From an uncultured Chloroflexia bacterium (GTDB lineage: Bacteria > Chloroflexota > Anaerolineae > Anaerolineales > Villigracilaceae), in contig CAWHXC010000004.1 in NCBI GenBank assembly GCA_963833175.1, forward strand, positions 924-64,923: a stretch of 64,000 nt of DNA, written 5' to 3'. Positions 1 to 10,376 of the stretch are shown one piece after another (position 1 is the first letter of the stretch; each line of letters begins with the position of its first letter). The position numbers were made by a program, and so were the translations under genes. The notes below the pieces were generated by a model. That model saw only the letters and a list, made by a program, of their open reading frames with translations. It did not search any database and was not told where the DNA came from.

Positions 1-181
1 CCCAATTGCGCTCTCCAATTGGGGGAGGTGCCGAAGGCGGAGGGGGTGTTGAAGGATGTACGAGAGGCGATAAATACCCCGTTGGTTGAGTAGGGCGGGT
101 GCTCGTCTCGCCCGTACACTTGCACCGAACGCAAGTGCGGTGTCGAAACCAATATGTTACAGCAAATTAAAAGGAGTCTAA

Positions 182-1778
182 ATGTTACCAACCAATAAAG
201 ATAACAACGACACACAGCCCAGCTACCCCAGTATTTTCAACGACGTGATCGGACCAGTGATGCGCGGACCATCCAGCTCGCATTGCGCCGCCGCTTTGCG
301 CATCGGGCGGATCGCCAGAGACCTGATGGATGCCAGGATCGAAGAGGTGCTCATCGAGTTTGACTCTGCGCGGCTCGCTGGCTACAACACATAATGGTCA
401 AGGCTCTGATATGGGTCTGTTCGGAGGTCTCTTGGGCTGGGAGGCTGCCGATGAAAGGCTGGCAGAATCCGCTCAGGCGATTCAGGAAGCGGGTATCAAA
501 GTCCAGTTCGAGATCAAAGATATTAAGGCGAAGCATCCCAGCACCTATAAGCTAACCCTCAAAAATTCCACAGAGCAGCACACCCTGGTCGCAATCTCCA
601 CAGGCGGCGGGATGATCGAGATCGTGGAGATCGACGGCATTGAAGTGTCAATGGCTGGCGATTATTATGAAACCCTGATCTACATAGATTCAAACGGCAG
701 CGAGATCGTAAAATACCTGCAGGAAAATACACACGCCGACAAGATCCTTCTCTTGAGCGGCACGGATACGCAGATGATCGAGGTCAAAGCGCAGAACTTC
801 CTGGAGGATGGGATCATTTCCGCGCTTCATGCGCAATACGATGTCAAGTACTTGAAAACCATCCTGCCGGTACTGCCGGTGATGTCCAGCCAAAACACCC
901 GCATACCATTCATTACCTGCGATGAAATGCTGAAATATAACGCGGATAAAAACCTTGCATTGTGGGAACTTGCGGTCCACTATGAGAGCGCCCGCGGCAA
1001 TATATCCCACGAGCAGGTATTTCAGCAGATGTCTGAGATCGTGCGCCTCATGCAAACATCCATTTTCGCTGGAATTGCCGGGACAAAATATGCCGACCGC
1101 ATCCTCGGCCATCAATCCGGGCTATTCAAAACGCGCATGGAAAATCAGCAGCTGCTCGATGGCGGAATGTTGAATCGGATGATCCTGTATGTGACCGCCA
1201 TGATGGAGGTGAAAAGCTCAATGGGTGTGATCGTCGCCGCTCCCACCGCAGGAGCATGCGCGGGATTACCCGGGGCGTGTATCGGAGCAGCGACTTCGCT
1301 GGGATTATCCATGGATGAGATGACGCGAGCCATGCTCGCCGCAGGCATGATCGGTGTATTCATCGCTGCTCATGCCACTTTTGCGGCAGAAGTTGGTGGA
1401 TGCCAGGCTGAATGTGGTTCCGGCTCAGGCATGGCAGCTGCGGCGCTGGTCACATTGGCAAATGGCACGCTCAAGCAATCTGTGGATGCCGCTTCCATGG
1501 CGCTCCAAAACACCGTGGGGATGGTTTGTGACCCTGTCGCCAACCGCGTTGAAGTTCCCTGTCTCGGGAAAAATGTATTGGCAGCCAGTAACGCCCTGGC
1601 GTGCGCCAATATGGCGCTGGCTGATTATGATGCCGTTATTCCATTGGATGAAGTCATCGAAACATTGGATCGCGTCGGAAAAAGCATTCCTCACGAGTTA
1701 CGCTGTACAGCACTTGGAGGACTTTCAATAACAAGGACTTCAAAAGAAATTGAAGAAAGGATGAAAAAACCAACTTAA
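182..1778 (+). CDS. Fe-S L-serine dehydratase, fused beta+alpha type (one frameshift near 365)
   Basis: ORF 182..394 has beta-subunit motif IGPVMRGPSSSH; ORF 330..1778 continues with GSLATT..GQGSD and alpha-subunit motifs AAPTAGAC, AEVGGCQAE, GMVCDPVANRVEVPC. Confidence 0.85.
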
Positions 1779-3838
1779 TGACCAACTCCCTCACTCCCTT
1801 CTTTCAGCCCAAAGGCGTCGTTATTATCGGCGCATCCACATCTCCTGAAAAAATCGGCTACAGCGCGGCGCGCAACCTTGTCCAAAGCGGATATCAGGGC
1901 GCGATCCATTTTGTCAGCCAAAAGCAGGGGCAACTCTTCGAGCGTCCGCTGTACACCAGTCTCGCGCAAGTCCCCGACCCCGTTGACCTGGCGATTCTCC
2001 TCGTCCCGACCCAGGTCACGCCGCAGACCATCGAAGATTGTGCAAAGCGCGGCATCAAAGCCGCCATTATTGTCTCAGCGGGATTTCGCGAAGTGGGCGC
2101 GGAGGGAGCGGCACTCGAACAGCAATGCGTGGATGTCGCGCGCAAACACGGCGTCCGGCTGCTGGGTCCCAACTGCATCGGCACCATTGACACGCACCTG
2201 CCGCTCGATACGAGCTTCCTAAAGCCGCCCATGCCAGATACGGGCGGTATCGGGTTGATCTCCCATTCGGGCGCGTTCTGCGCCGCCATTATTGATTGGG
2301 CACGGCAACAGGGCTTCGGTTTCTCGCGCATCGTCAGCCTCGGCAATCAGGCGGATGTCAACGAGACGGATATGCTTCCCGTGATCGCGGCAGATGAGCA
2401 CACGCGAGTCATCGTGCTTTACATGGAGAGCGTTGCGAACGGAGTCGAGTTCGTCAAAACTGCGCGTGAAGTGAGTAAATTAAAACCTCTGGTTGCGTTG
2501 AAGGTCGGAAGATTCGAGTCAGGGCAGAAAGCGGCTGCGTCGCATACGGGCGCGCTGGCTGGCTCGGAGGCGGCGTTTGACGCAGCCTTTGCGAAGGCGG
2601 GTGTCTTGCGGGCGGATACCATCGAGCAGGTCTTCAACTGGGCGCGCGCCTTGGAATCCTGTCCACTGCCGAAAGGGCGGGATATGGCGATCCTGACCGA
2701 TGCAGGCGGACTGGGCGTGATCGCCGCCGATTCACTCGAAACCTTTGGCTTGAATCTTGCCCAATTGAGCGAATCAACCCTGAAAGCTTTATCTGCCAGC
2801 CTGCCCCCCTCAGCCGCCATCCACAACCCAGTGGATATGATCGCGTCGGCTTCGCCAGAAAATTACGCCCACTGCCTAAAACTTTTGCTCGATGATGAAA
2901 AAGTAAATGGCGTGCTTGTCATCCTGGTTCCACCGCCGTTGTACACCGCTGAGTCTGTGGCCGATCTGATCATCCCGATCATTCAAGGAGCAGACAAGCC
3001 TGTTATCACCGCACTGATCGGATCCAACTATATTGAAACAGCGCGCGAATTATTTAACGCTTCGAAGATCGTCACCTATCCATTTCCTGAATACGCCGCA
3101 TCCGCTTTGGGTGTGCTCGCGAACCGTGCGGAATTTCTCGCCACGGAGGCGCTACGCCGCGAAGAATTATATACTCCGAGTCTTCCTGGCTCCGTTGTTA
3201 ATTTATCTGCTGATGAACTGGTTGCCGCCTACGGCATCCAAACCGCTCCCATCAAACTCGCACGCAATGCCGAAGAAGCGGCTGCAATTGCAAACGAACT
3301 TGGCTTCCCGCTTGTGATGAAGATCGCCTCGCCTGATATTTTGCATAAGTCAGATGTGGGCGGCGTGCTGTTGAATATCAAAGACACCTCCTCGCTCCAG
3401 AGTGGCTACGCGCAAATGATAAGTCACATCCAGTCGGTCAAGCCTGACGCGAAAATCGAAGGTGTGCATCTCCAGCGTCAGATCGCAGATGGGCAGGAAG
3501 TCATCATCGGCGCGGTGCGCGATCCGCTGTTTGGTCCGCTGATGATGTTTGGCTCAGGCGGCGTCGAGGTCGAAGGGCTCAAGGATGTCGCATTTGCTTT
3601 AGCACCGCTGAATCAGGCTGAGGCGCAGGAAATGATCCGCAAAACCTGGGCTGGTAGAAAGCTGAAAGGCTTCCGCAACATCCCCCCCGTTGACGAGGAA
3701 TCTGTCATCGATGTTTTGATCAAATTATCTTTTCTCGCCTATGAACATCCTGAGGTGGAAGAGATCGAGATCAATCCATTGCGGGTGTTGAACAAAAGCG
3801 CGGTGGCGGTGGATGTTCGGGTAAAATTGCGCGCATGA
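1778..3838 (+). CDS. acetate/acyl-CoA ligase (ADP-forming), fused CoA-binding + ATP-grasp
   Basis: IIGAS, LLGPNCIG, SLGNQADV, catalytic ASHTGALAG, HNPVD, MKIASPDILHKSDVGGV, EIEINPL. Confidence 0.9.
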   Translation: MTNSLTPFFQPKGVVIIGASTSPEKIGYSAARNLVQSGYQGAIHFVSQKQGQLFERPLYTSLAQVPDPVDLAILLVPTQVTPQTIEDCAKRGIKAAIIVSAGFREVGAEGAALEQQCVDVARKHGVRLLGPNCIGTIDTHLPLDTSFLKPPMPDTGGIGLISHSGAFCAAIIDWARQQGFGFSRIVSLGNQADVNETDMLPVIAADEHTRVIVLYMESVANGVEFVKTAREVSKLKPLVALKVGRFESGQKAAASHTGALAGSEAAFDAAFAKAGVLRADTIEQVFNWARALESCPLPKGRDMAILTDAGGLGVIAADSLETFGLNLAQLSESTLKALSASLPPSAAIHNPVDMIASASPENYAHCLKLLLDDEKVNGVLVILVPPPLYTAESVADLIIPIIQGADKPVITALIGSNYIETARELFNASKIVTYPFPEYAASALGVLANRAEFLATEALRREELYTPSLPGSVVNLSADELVAAYGIQTAPIKLARNAEEAAAIANELGFPLVMKIASPDILHKSDVGGVLLNIKDTSSLQSGYAQMISHIQSVKPDAKIEGVHLQRQIADGQEVIIGAVRDPLFGPLMMFGSGGVEVEGLKDVAFALAPLNQAEAQEMIRKTWAGRKLKGFRNIPPVDEESVIDVLIKLSFLAYEHPEVEEIEINPLRVLNKSAVAVDVRVKLRA

Positions 3839-4632
3839 TAAATTTATCAAACATCACCTATTACCCCATCAAAGCCTGCCGCGGATTTGACGTGCCCGAA
3901 TCGCGCGTGGAACGCATGGGGCTTGCGAACGACCGCCGCATGATGGTGGTGACGCCTGAAGGCGAATTTCTCACCCAGCGCGAACACGCAAAACTTGCGC
4001 TCATCACCCCCGCGTTGAAAAATGATTCGGTCACACTCTCCGCGCCAAATTTTGATTCGATCCATTTTGTAATTCAAAAGTCGGGCACGCCCATGCCCGT
4101 CAATATTTGGAAAAGCAAAGGTGTCAGCGCCATTGACCAGGGCGACGAATCCGCGCAATGGCTTTCCGATTGGCTCGGCGTTTCGGTGCGCCTCGTGCAT
4201 GTGGACTAAAATTTCAAGCGCAAGTTGAATTCAGCCTATGCCATCAGCGCAGAAGACCACACAGGATTTGCAGACGGCTACCCGATCTTGATCATCTCTG
4301 AAGCATCGCTTCAAGACCTAAACTCGAAGCTAGGCTCGCCTCTCCCGATGAATCGATTCCGCCCGAACATTGTTGTGCAAAATTGCGATCCTTTCGCAGA
4401 AGACACCTGGAAACGCATCCGCATCGGCGACGTGGAAATGGCGCTCGTCAAGCCATGTCCGCGCTGCGAGGTAACCACCATCGACAAGGAAACCCTCGAA
4501 AGAAACAAGGAACCGCTCAAAACATTAGCCACCTATCGCAAACAAAAAGGCGGAGCAATGTTCGGCATGAATGTTATTCCGCTGAACGAAGGCGGGATCA
4601 AAGTCGGCATGAGAGTGGAAGTTTTGGAATGA
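3835..4632 (+). pseudogene. MOSC-domain protein (YcbX/mARC-like) interrupted by in-frame TAA at 4207-4209
   Basis: YPIKAC, DRRMMVV, TQR in 3835..4209; same frame continues NFKRKLN..FADGYP, RFRPNIVV, KPCPRC; real nonsense mutation or base-call error. Confidence 0.8.
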
Positions 4633-5408
4633 CCAGCATTTCACGAAGAGACTTTTTGAAACTTGGCGGCGCGGCTTTATTCGGTATTTCCGCAAGCAAA
4701 TTCATCCCTTTTCAGGACGATGAACCCAATTTCACTGCGCCACTCATCTGGAACGGAAGCCGCAAATTCAAGCGTATGGCATTCACCTACGACGATTGCT
4801 ACCTGCTGGATAAATTGCAAGACCTTGAAGTCCTGCTGGACGAATTCCCTGAGTTCAAAGTGACCTTCTTTCCTGTCGGCGCAAAAATACTCGACCTAGA
4901 TCAAGATGATAAAGGCATCTGGAAACGTCTCGTCGACAAAGGGCACGAGATCGGCTATCACACCTTTAACCATGTCAACCTCGGGGTCATGTCACGTGCC
5001 GGCGCACTGGCGGACTATGATAAATGGTACAGCGCATTGACCTCGGTGCTTGGCGCTGAATACAACATGCGTTTTATGCGTCCTCCATACGATATCATCA
5101 GCAAAACCATGGACGTACTTTGTCAGGAGCGCGGATTGGTTGCCACGCTATTTTCCGTTGGCGGCGGCGGCGACCCTAATGCTGTGGTGAAAGCCGTTCA
5201 AGAAAGCAAAGGCGGCGACATTGTCCAAATGCACATCCGCACCCAGGATTACGATTCCAGCGTGCAATTATTCCCCTGGTTAAAAGAGAACAACTGGGAG
5301 TTGGTAACAATGAGCAAGCTCTACAACGATTATCTGCGCGAGCAGATCAACTCGGATGGATGTGACGCAAATACGGGAACCCCGTTGACGAGAACCTGCG
5401 TGGAATAA
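4629..5408 (+). CDS. Tat-exported polysaccharide deacetylase (NodB/CE4 family)
   Basis: ATG at 4629 overlaps MOSC stop; twin-arginine signal SRRDFLK; FTYDD, HEIGYHTFNH, RPPY, IVQMH motifs. Confidence 0.85.
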   Translation: MTSISRRDFLKLGGAALFGISASKFIPFQDDEPNFTAPLIWNGSRKFKRMAFTYDDCYLLDKLQDLEVLLDEFPEFKVTFFPVGAKILDLDQDDKGIWKRLVDKGHEIGYHTFNHVNLGVMSRAGALADYDKWYSALTSVLGAEYNMRFMRPPYDIISKTMDVLCQERGLVATLFSVGGGGDPNAVVKAVQESKGGDIVQMHIRTQDYDSSVQLFPWLKENNWELVTMSKLYNDYLREQINSDGCDANTGTPLTRTCVE

Positions 5409-5440
5409 TGCTGAAAGTAGTAAAAAGTGAGAAGTAAATA

Positions 5441-5480
5441 AGGCGGCAATCGTTTTGAAACGACTGCCGCCTGTTTTTTT
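5441..5480 (+). terminator. Rho-independent terminator
   Basis: AGGCGGCAATCGTT..AAACGACTGCCGCCT followed by T7, between convergent genes. Confidence 0.75.
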
Positions 5481-5521
5481 ATTCAGGGAGATCAGCTCAC
5501 GGCTGATTGGAATTAGCCCCC

Positions 5522-5731
5522 TCAGACACTGCCTGTGCCGCACGAAGACGCTGAACTCGCACCCAGCGAGAAGGAACCCACCGCTGGCTTGGATGCAAAT
5601 GTAGACATTTTCTTCTTCACCTGGCTGCTTCCACAGGCAGGGCAAACCACCTCATCAATACTACTGAGGCTGAATACAAGGTCTTCAAAAGATTTGTTAC
5701 ACTCGGTACAGACAAATTCATAAATTGGCAT
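5522..5731 (-). CDS. FmdB-family zinc-ribbon protein
   Basis: MPIYEFVCTEC...CPACGS..VKKKMS; GGAG upstream of ATG at 5731. Confidence 0.85.
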   Translation of the reverse strand: MPIYEFVCTECNKSFEDLVFSLSSIDEVVCPACGSSQVKKKMSTFASKPAVGSFSLGASSASSCGTGSV

Positions 5732-5864
5732 CGTTGCTCCTGGATCGAAAAATCGAAAACTTGTTATAACTCCAATAAAGTTGGATGCCTGAAGCACAAA
5801 AAAGTTACAGCCTGCAAAGAATTCCTTTGGTAATATCCGCCCGTTTCGCCTCATCAATGAACAC

Positions 5865-6707
5865 ATGAACAACTTTAGAACTGTCTCCCAAATTATAGAA
5901 CCTCAGCTCGCCCTCGAAGGCGCGGGCGTTTTACTGCGCCGCTCCGTCTCTCCGCGTGCCAGCAACGAACACGACCCATTCCTGCTCTTCGACCATTTTG
6001 CATTCAACAATCCGCTCGAAGGGCCTTTGCGCGGCTTCCCCATGCACCCGCATCGCGGCATCGAAACCGTCACTTACATTCTGGATGGCTCCGTCAGCCA
6101 TCGCGACAGCCTCGGCAATGCAGGCGTGATCGGTCCAGGCGACGTGCAATGGATGACCAGCGGGCGCGGCATCCTGCACGAAGAAATGCCTCGCCGCGGC
6201 GAAAGCGGAAATATTTACGGTTTCCAGCTTTGGGTCAATTTGCCCGCCGCGCAAAAAATGGGTCAGCCCCGCTATCAGGAAGTGAATGCATCCGCCATCC
6301 CCACCATCGAAAAAGACGGTGCAACAATTCGACTCGTGGCGGGAGAATTGGATGGGATCCGCGGTCCCGTGACAGAGATCGCCGCCTCGCCGCTTTACAT
6401 GGACGTGAAGCTGGCTCCTGGTTCGAGATTCATTTACCCCATCCCAAGCGGACACACTCTCCTCGCCTACGTCTTTGAAGGCACAGGAGAGTTTGGCAAT
6501 GATGTCGTAGAATCCGTCAGCATGGTCGTCTTCAACGACGACGGTGATCAGCTCGAGGTAAAAAGTGAAACAGGTGTCCGCTTCATGTTGATCGCAGGCG
6601 CACCATTCAAAGAACCCATCGTCCCTTATGGACCATTCGTCATGAACACCGCCGAGGAAATTCGACAGACCATCGCCGAATTACGCAACGGCACATTCAT
6701 TCAATAA
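5865..6707 (+). CDS. pirin family protein
   Basis: DPFLLFDH, GFPMHPHRGIETVTY, QWMTSGRGILHEE, QLWVNLP, YGPFVMNT. Confidence 0.95.
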   Translation: MNNFRTVSQIIEPQLALEGAGVLLRRSVSPRASNEHDPFLLFDHFAFNNPLEGPLRGFPMHPHRGIETVTYILDGSVSHRDSLGNAGVIGPGDVQWMTSGRGILHEEMPRRGESGNIYGFQLWVNLPAAQKMGQPRYQEVNASAIPTIEKDGATIRLVAGELDGIRGPVTEIAASPLYMDVKLAPGSRFIYPIPSGHTLLAYVFEGTGEFGNDVVESVSMVVFNDDGDQLEVKSETGVRFMLIAGAPFKEPIVPYGPFVMNTAEEIRQTIAELRNGTFIQ

Positions 6708-6737
6708 AAAAATGGGCGCATGAGCGCCCGTTTTTTT
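6707..6737. terminator. bidirectional Rho-independent terminator
   Basis: A-tract GGGCGC-ATGA-GCGCCC T-tract between convergent genes. Confidence 0.75.
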
Positions 6738-6749
6738 GTCAGTATTCCA

Positions 6750-7460
6750 TTACGGCTGTGAAATTACAAGATTGTCAAAAGAAACCTGTACACCACCTTC
6801 GTCCAGTGAGCCCACAAAAAAGCCAACAATTCCTGTGTTAAAGCGGGCATCCTGTACTTCCCCTAAAAACTGATCATTAACGTAATACTTCATATTTCCG
6901 CCAACCGCAGTGATTTTGATGCGGTTGGTCTGCGCCCCTTGCTTGATCGCAGATGACTCTGTCCAATCAACGAGAATTTCAGGTTCTTCGCGCTCCGCGC
7001 CATCCACTGTAAAGACATAAAAACCGTCACCGCTGATCAGGAAAGTGTAAAACTCTTTTGCGTCAAGCCCAAGGCGGAAAATTACGCCATAGGTGTTATT
7101 GTCAGGGCCGCCAACCTGCGTTGCATCAACCTCCATGACGAAATCCGAATATTCAACTTGCGTGCATTTTGTCCACGCAACAAACAAGGGAGTCAGCACA
7201 CGCATATTAAATTGACCATTCTCCACAAAACGCTCCACATCTGTTGTGGAATCAAGAGTGCAAGAGTTGGTAAATTCACCATCTTCAAAAAGTACAATTT
7301 TTGGCGTTGGGGAAGGCAATAATGTAGCCGCAGCTAATACTTCAGCTGTTGGGGCAAGAGTGGGAATTGTCATAGCGGTGGATTGCGAGGAACAAGCCTG
7401 TACAACCGCTATAATCAGCACAGAAAAAGAAATGATCTTTAAGTTTTTCATTTTACTCAC
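6750..7460 (-). CDS. putative lipoprotein with beta-sandwich (DUF1080/LamG-like) domain
   Basis: lipobox-like VQAC, Pro/Thr linker, YGVIFR, NRIKI, VGFF, FDNL. Confidence 0.6.
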   Translation of the reverse strand: MSKMKNLKIISFSVLIIAVVQACSSQSTAMTIPTLAPTAEVLAAATLLPSPTPKIVLFEDGEFTNSCTLDSTTDVERFVENGQFNMRVLTPLFVAWTKCTQVEYSDFVMEVDATQVGGPDNNTYGVIFRLGLDAKEFYTFLISGDGFYVFTVDGAEREEPEILVDWTESSAIKQGAQTNRIKITAVGGNMKYYVNDQFLGEVQDARFNTGIVGFFVGSLDEGGVQVSFDNLVISQP

Positions 7461-7539
7461 ATAAAATATAAATGGAAGTTGAGATTATACTTTATGCAGT
7501 TTTTTTGAAAAGAAAATCATAACGAAGGAGCAGCTCAAT

Positions 7540-8004
7540 ATGACGCAAGTTTTATACGGTCCTCGCCTTGGCAGGGAAGGCAAACTACGCGTGGGATGCA
7601 GCGCAACGATCTTTGATTCAAACCGCGAAAAAGTATTGCTCACCCAGCGCACAGACAACGGACGCTGGTGTCTGCCAGGCGGAGGCATGGAATCTGGCGA
7701 AAGCGCGGCAGAAGCATGTGAACGTGAAGTATGGGAGGAAACTGGTTTGAAAGTGCGCGCCACCCGCTTGATCGGCGTGTACAGCAACCCTGACCAGTTG
7801 GTGATCTATCCCGATGGAAATAAAGCCTTCTTTGTCGTTATGAGTTTTGAAGCGGAGATCATCGAAGGCGAATTAGGGTTAAGCGACGAAACCACCGCTT
7901 TTGGATATTATTCCCTGCAAGAGATGGAATCCATGCCGATGCATGGTCAACACAAACAACGGGTGGAGGATGCGCTGCTCGGAGGAGAGGCTCTGATAAA
8001 ATAA
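7540..8004 (+). CDS. NUDIX hydrolase
   Basis: Nudix box GGMESGESAAEACEREVWEETG. Confidence 0.92.
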   Translation: MTQVLYGPRLGREGKLRVGCSATIFDSNREKVLLTQRTDNGRWCLPGGGMESGESAAEACEREVWEETGLKVRATRLIGVYSNPDQLVIYPDGNKAFFVVMSFEAEIIEGELGLSDETTAFGYYSLQEMESMPMHGQHKQRVEDALLGGEALIK

Positions 8005-8088
8005 GCATTATCTTCACTTGAGGGATAAATTTTGCCGATAAATTCGTGGCGGGTTATTTTTATTTGAAACATTTTCATCGGAGACTTT

Positions 8089-8649
8089 ATGTTCAAAAAT
8101 ATTTCGGAACGGTTTTATCAATGGAGCAAAGGCTGGCTTATCTTTATCCTGTTTCTGCTCGACGCTTTCTTCTCAGGCTTTTTACTTCCCCTTGTTCAAG
8201 GTATGATGCAGGATGGAAAAGGGGGCGTCAAAGCGCTTGACCTGATGCTTTTTGCCACACCAGCAAAAATATTCGCCATGATAGAAAGATACGGCGAATA
8301 TAACCGTCCGTTCTATCGCACCGTGGAACTGACGGTGGATATTATTTATCCCATCATCTATTTATTTTTCTTTGGATTGCTCATCTCCTGGCTTTTCCAG
8401 CGCGGATTTGCATCGAACAGTCCCATGCGGAAATACAACATCATGCCTTTGGGCGCGTGGTTCTTTGATCTGCTTGAAAACATTACCATTGTGATCTTGC
8501 TCTCGGTATTTCCGTCACAACCAACAGCACTGGCATGGATTCTCACTTTAGTATCCACGATCAAATGGCTCTTCGTAGGCGCAACTATTTTGTTGATGTT
8601 GGTTGGTTTCGTCATGGCGATAAAAAATAAATTCAAGAAACAGCAATAA
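8089..8649 (+). CDS. integral membrane protein of unknown function
   Basis: about four hydrophobic segments, DLLEN motif, GGAG RBS. Confidence 0.65.
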   Translation: MFKNISERFYQWSKGWLIFILFLLDAFFSGFLLPLVQGMMQDGKGGVKALDLMLFATPAKIFAMIERYGEYNRPFYRTVELTVDIIYPIIYLFFFGLLISWLFQRGFASNSPMRKYNIMPLGAWFFDLLENITIVILLSVFPSQPTALAWILTLVSTIKWLFVGATILLMLVGFVMAIKNKFKKQQ

Positions 8650-8705
8650 ATGCTACCAAAAAGCCCGTCAAGCAGGACGGATCTTTTTCATCATTCATCA
8701 TTCAT

Positions 8706-9406
8706 TCATCCTTTTATTTCCTTCCACCACACGCCTGTACACTCAGGCAAAATCACCCACTTGTTTTCCTTCACCTTATCGCCCAATTCGTCACCAAAGA
8801 AAAAGCGGGACAAATATTCAGCTTCATCAAGCGACTCGAATTTATAATCAGTGCGGATCCATTTATGCTGGAAACCGACTTCATCGAGCCAGGGATAGTA
8901 ATCCTTGAGATGTTCCAATTGAATTGGCGATTCGTTCCCCGTGCCAAGTGATTCAAACAGGACGATGGTGGCTGTTCGGTCTTCAGAACACGTTTCATTT
9001 CACCCAGCCATTTTTCCAATTCACTCCGCCACGAATCAGGGTTCCAGACTGCGAGATAAGCCACGCTCCAGCCAGAAACCACGAGGTCAGCGGAGGCATC
9101 TTCCACAGGCAGTTGACGGTGATCGGCAACATCCACCTGCCAGTTGACCAATCCGCTGGCGATGAATTTTTCGCGGCACACCCGCAGCATTTCCTCAGAA
9201 ATATCAAAAGCGCGGACAGCGGAAACATGCGGAGCAAGCAAACAAGCCAATCGTCCAGTGCCAGCGCCGAGATCATACACAACACGGTTTTCCAGAGAAG
9301 TTATCTCACGCAAAGCACGCATGATATTTCCCTGATAATCTTCACGAGCGATCAACGCCTCGTATTTGTCCCCTTCAGTTTTATAGATTTCTTCTTGTGT
9401 AGGCAT
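8706..9406 (-). CDS. class I SAM-dependent methyltransferase (frameshifted near 8920-8980)
   Basis: VYDLGAGTGR motif I, ADLVVSGWS; C-terminus continues in ORF 8706..8918 (LPECTGVWWK). Confidence 0.8.
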
Positions 9407-9420
9407 GCAAGAATTATAAT

Positions 9421-9903
9421 ATGACTATGACTCAACTTTCCCCATCCGCACAAAAGATACAGAATTTATTAATTTCCCTTGGCTATGATTACACTGTGAT
9501 CGAGCATGCCGAGTCCACGCGCACGGCGCAGGAAGCGGCAGACCGCGCAGGCTGTGAACTGGGGCAGATCGTCAAGTCACTTATTTTTCGCGGCAAGACC
9601 AGCGGCAAACCTATTTTGGTTTTAACCAGCGGCGCAAACCGCGTGGACGAGAAACGAATCAGCGGGTATGCGGGAGAAACCATCAGCCGAGCAGATGCCG
9701 ATTTCGTGCGAACAGTTACGGGCTTCGCCATTGGCGGTGTGCCTCCCATCGGTCATGCAGGGGAAATGGAAACTTATCTCGATGAAGACTTCCTCTCTTA
9801 CCAGACCATCTGGGCAGCGGCAGGAACGCCCAATGCCATCTTTGAATTGAAAACCGAAGACTTGCAAAAAATGACGAACGGAAAAATAGCACAGGTGAAA
9901 TAA
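9421..9903 (+). CDS. YbaK/EbsC aminoacyl-tRNA editing family protein
   Basis: TRTAQEAA, IVKSLIF, TGFAIGGVPPIGH, WAAAGTP. Confidence 0.92.
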   Translation: MTMTQLSPSAQKIQNLLISLGYDYTVIEHAESTRTAQEAADRAGCELGQIVKSLIFRGKTSGKPILVLTSGANRVDEKRISGYAGETISRADADFVRTVTGFAIGGVPPIGHAGEMETYLDEDFLSYQTIWAAAGTPNAIFELKTEDLQKMTNGKIAQVK

Positions 9904-10352
9904 TGGAAAATATATACAACTATCTAAAGCTAAGCGACAGTCTGTTTAGCAGTGGAATGCCAACCCCGGAACAAATTCCGTCCATTGCTGAGAACGGAGT
10001 GCAGGTTGTGATCAACCTTGCCACATCCAAATCGGAAGGCTGGATATCCAATGAAAAGGAGTTGATAGAAGCGCAAAACATCGCCTACTACAGCATTCCT
10101 GTAGATTGGGACAATCCAACAATGGATGATTTGAACAAGTTCATGGACATCATGGATGGACACATGCACCAGAAAATACTTGTTCACTGTCAGGCAAATT
10201 ACCGCGCCACGGGTTTTATCGCATTGTATCGATACAACCGCCTGGGCTGGGCAGAGGAAAACGCCTTCAAAGATTTGCGAAAAATATGGAATCCCGCCGA
10301 TTATCCCATCTGGAAAAACTTTATCGAAAAAAGCCTGAGGGCACAGTCTTAA
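9903..10352 (+). CDS. PTP-fold phosphatase/sulfurtransferase-like protein (DUF442-like)
   Basis: SSGMP, VINL, P-loop LVHCQANYRA (CX5R). Confidence 0.75.
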   Translation: MENIYNYLKLSDSLFSSGMPTPEQIPSIAENGVQVVINLATSKSEGWISNEKELIEAQNIAYYSIPVDWDNPTMDDLNKFMDIMDGHMHQKILVHCQANYRATGFIALYRYNRLGWAEENAFKDLRKIWNPADYPIWKNFIEKSLRAQS

Positions 10353-10376
10353 GCATTTTTTGACCTTGAACCTGTC

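Noticed and set aside
4207-4209. Stop-codon recoding in the MOSC gene
   Set aside because: The codon is TAA (not TGA or TAG), and TAA is used as a normal stop throughout the window.
4383-4628. N-terminal extension of the deacetylase ORF
   Set aside because: Overlaps MOSC; the true start is the Tat signal at 4629.
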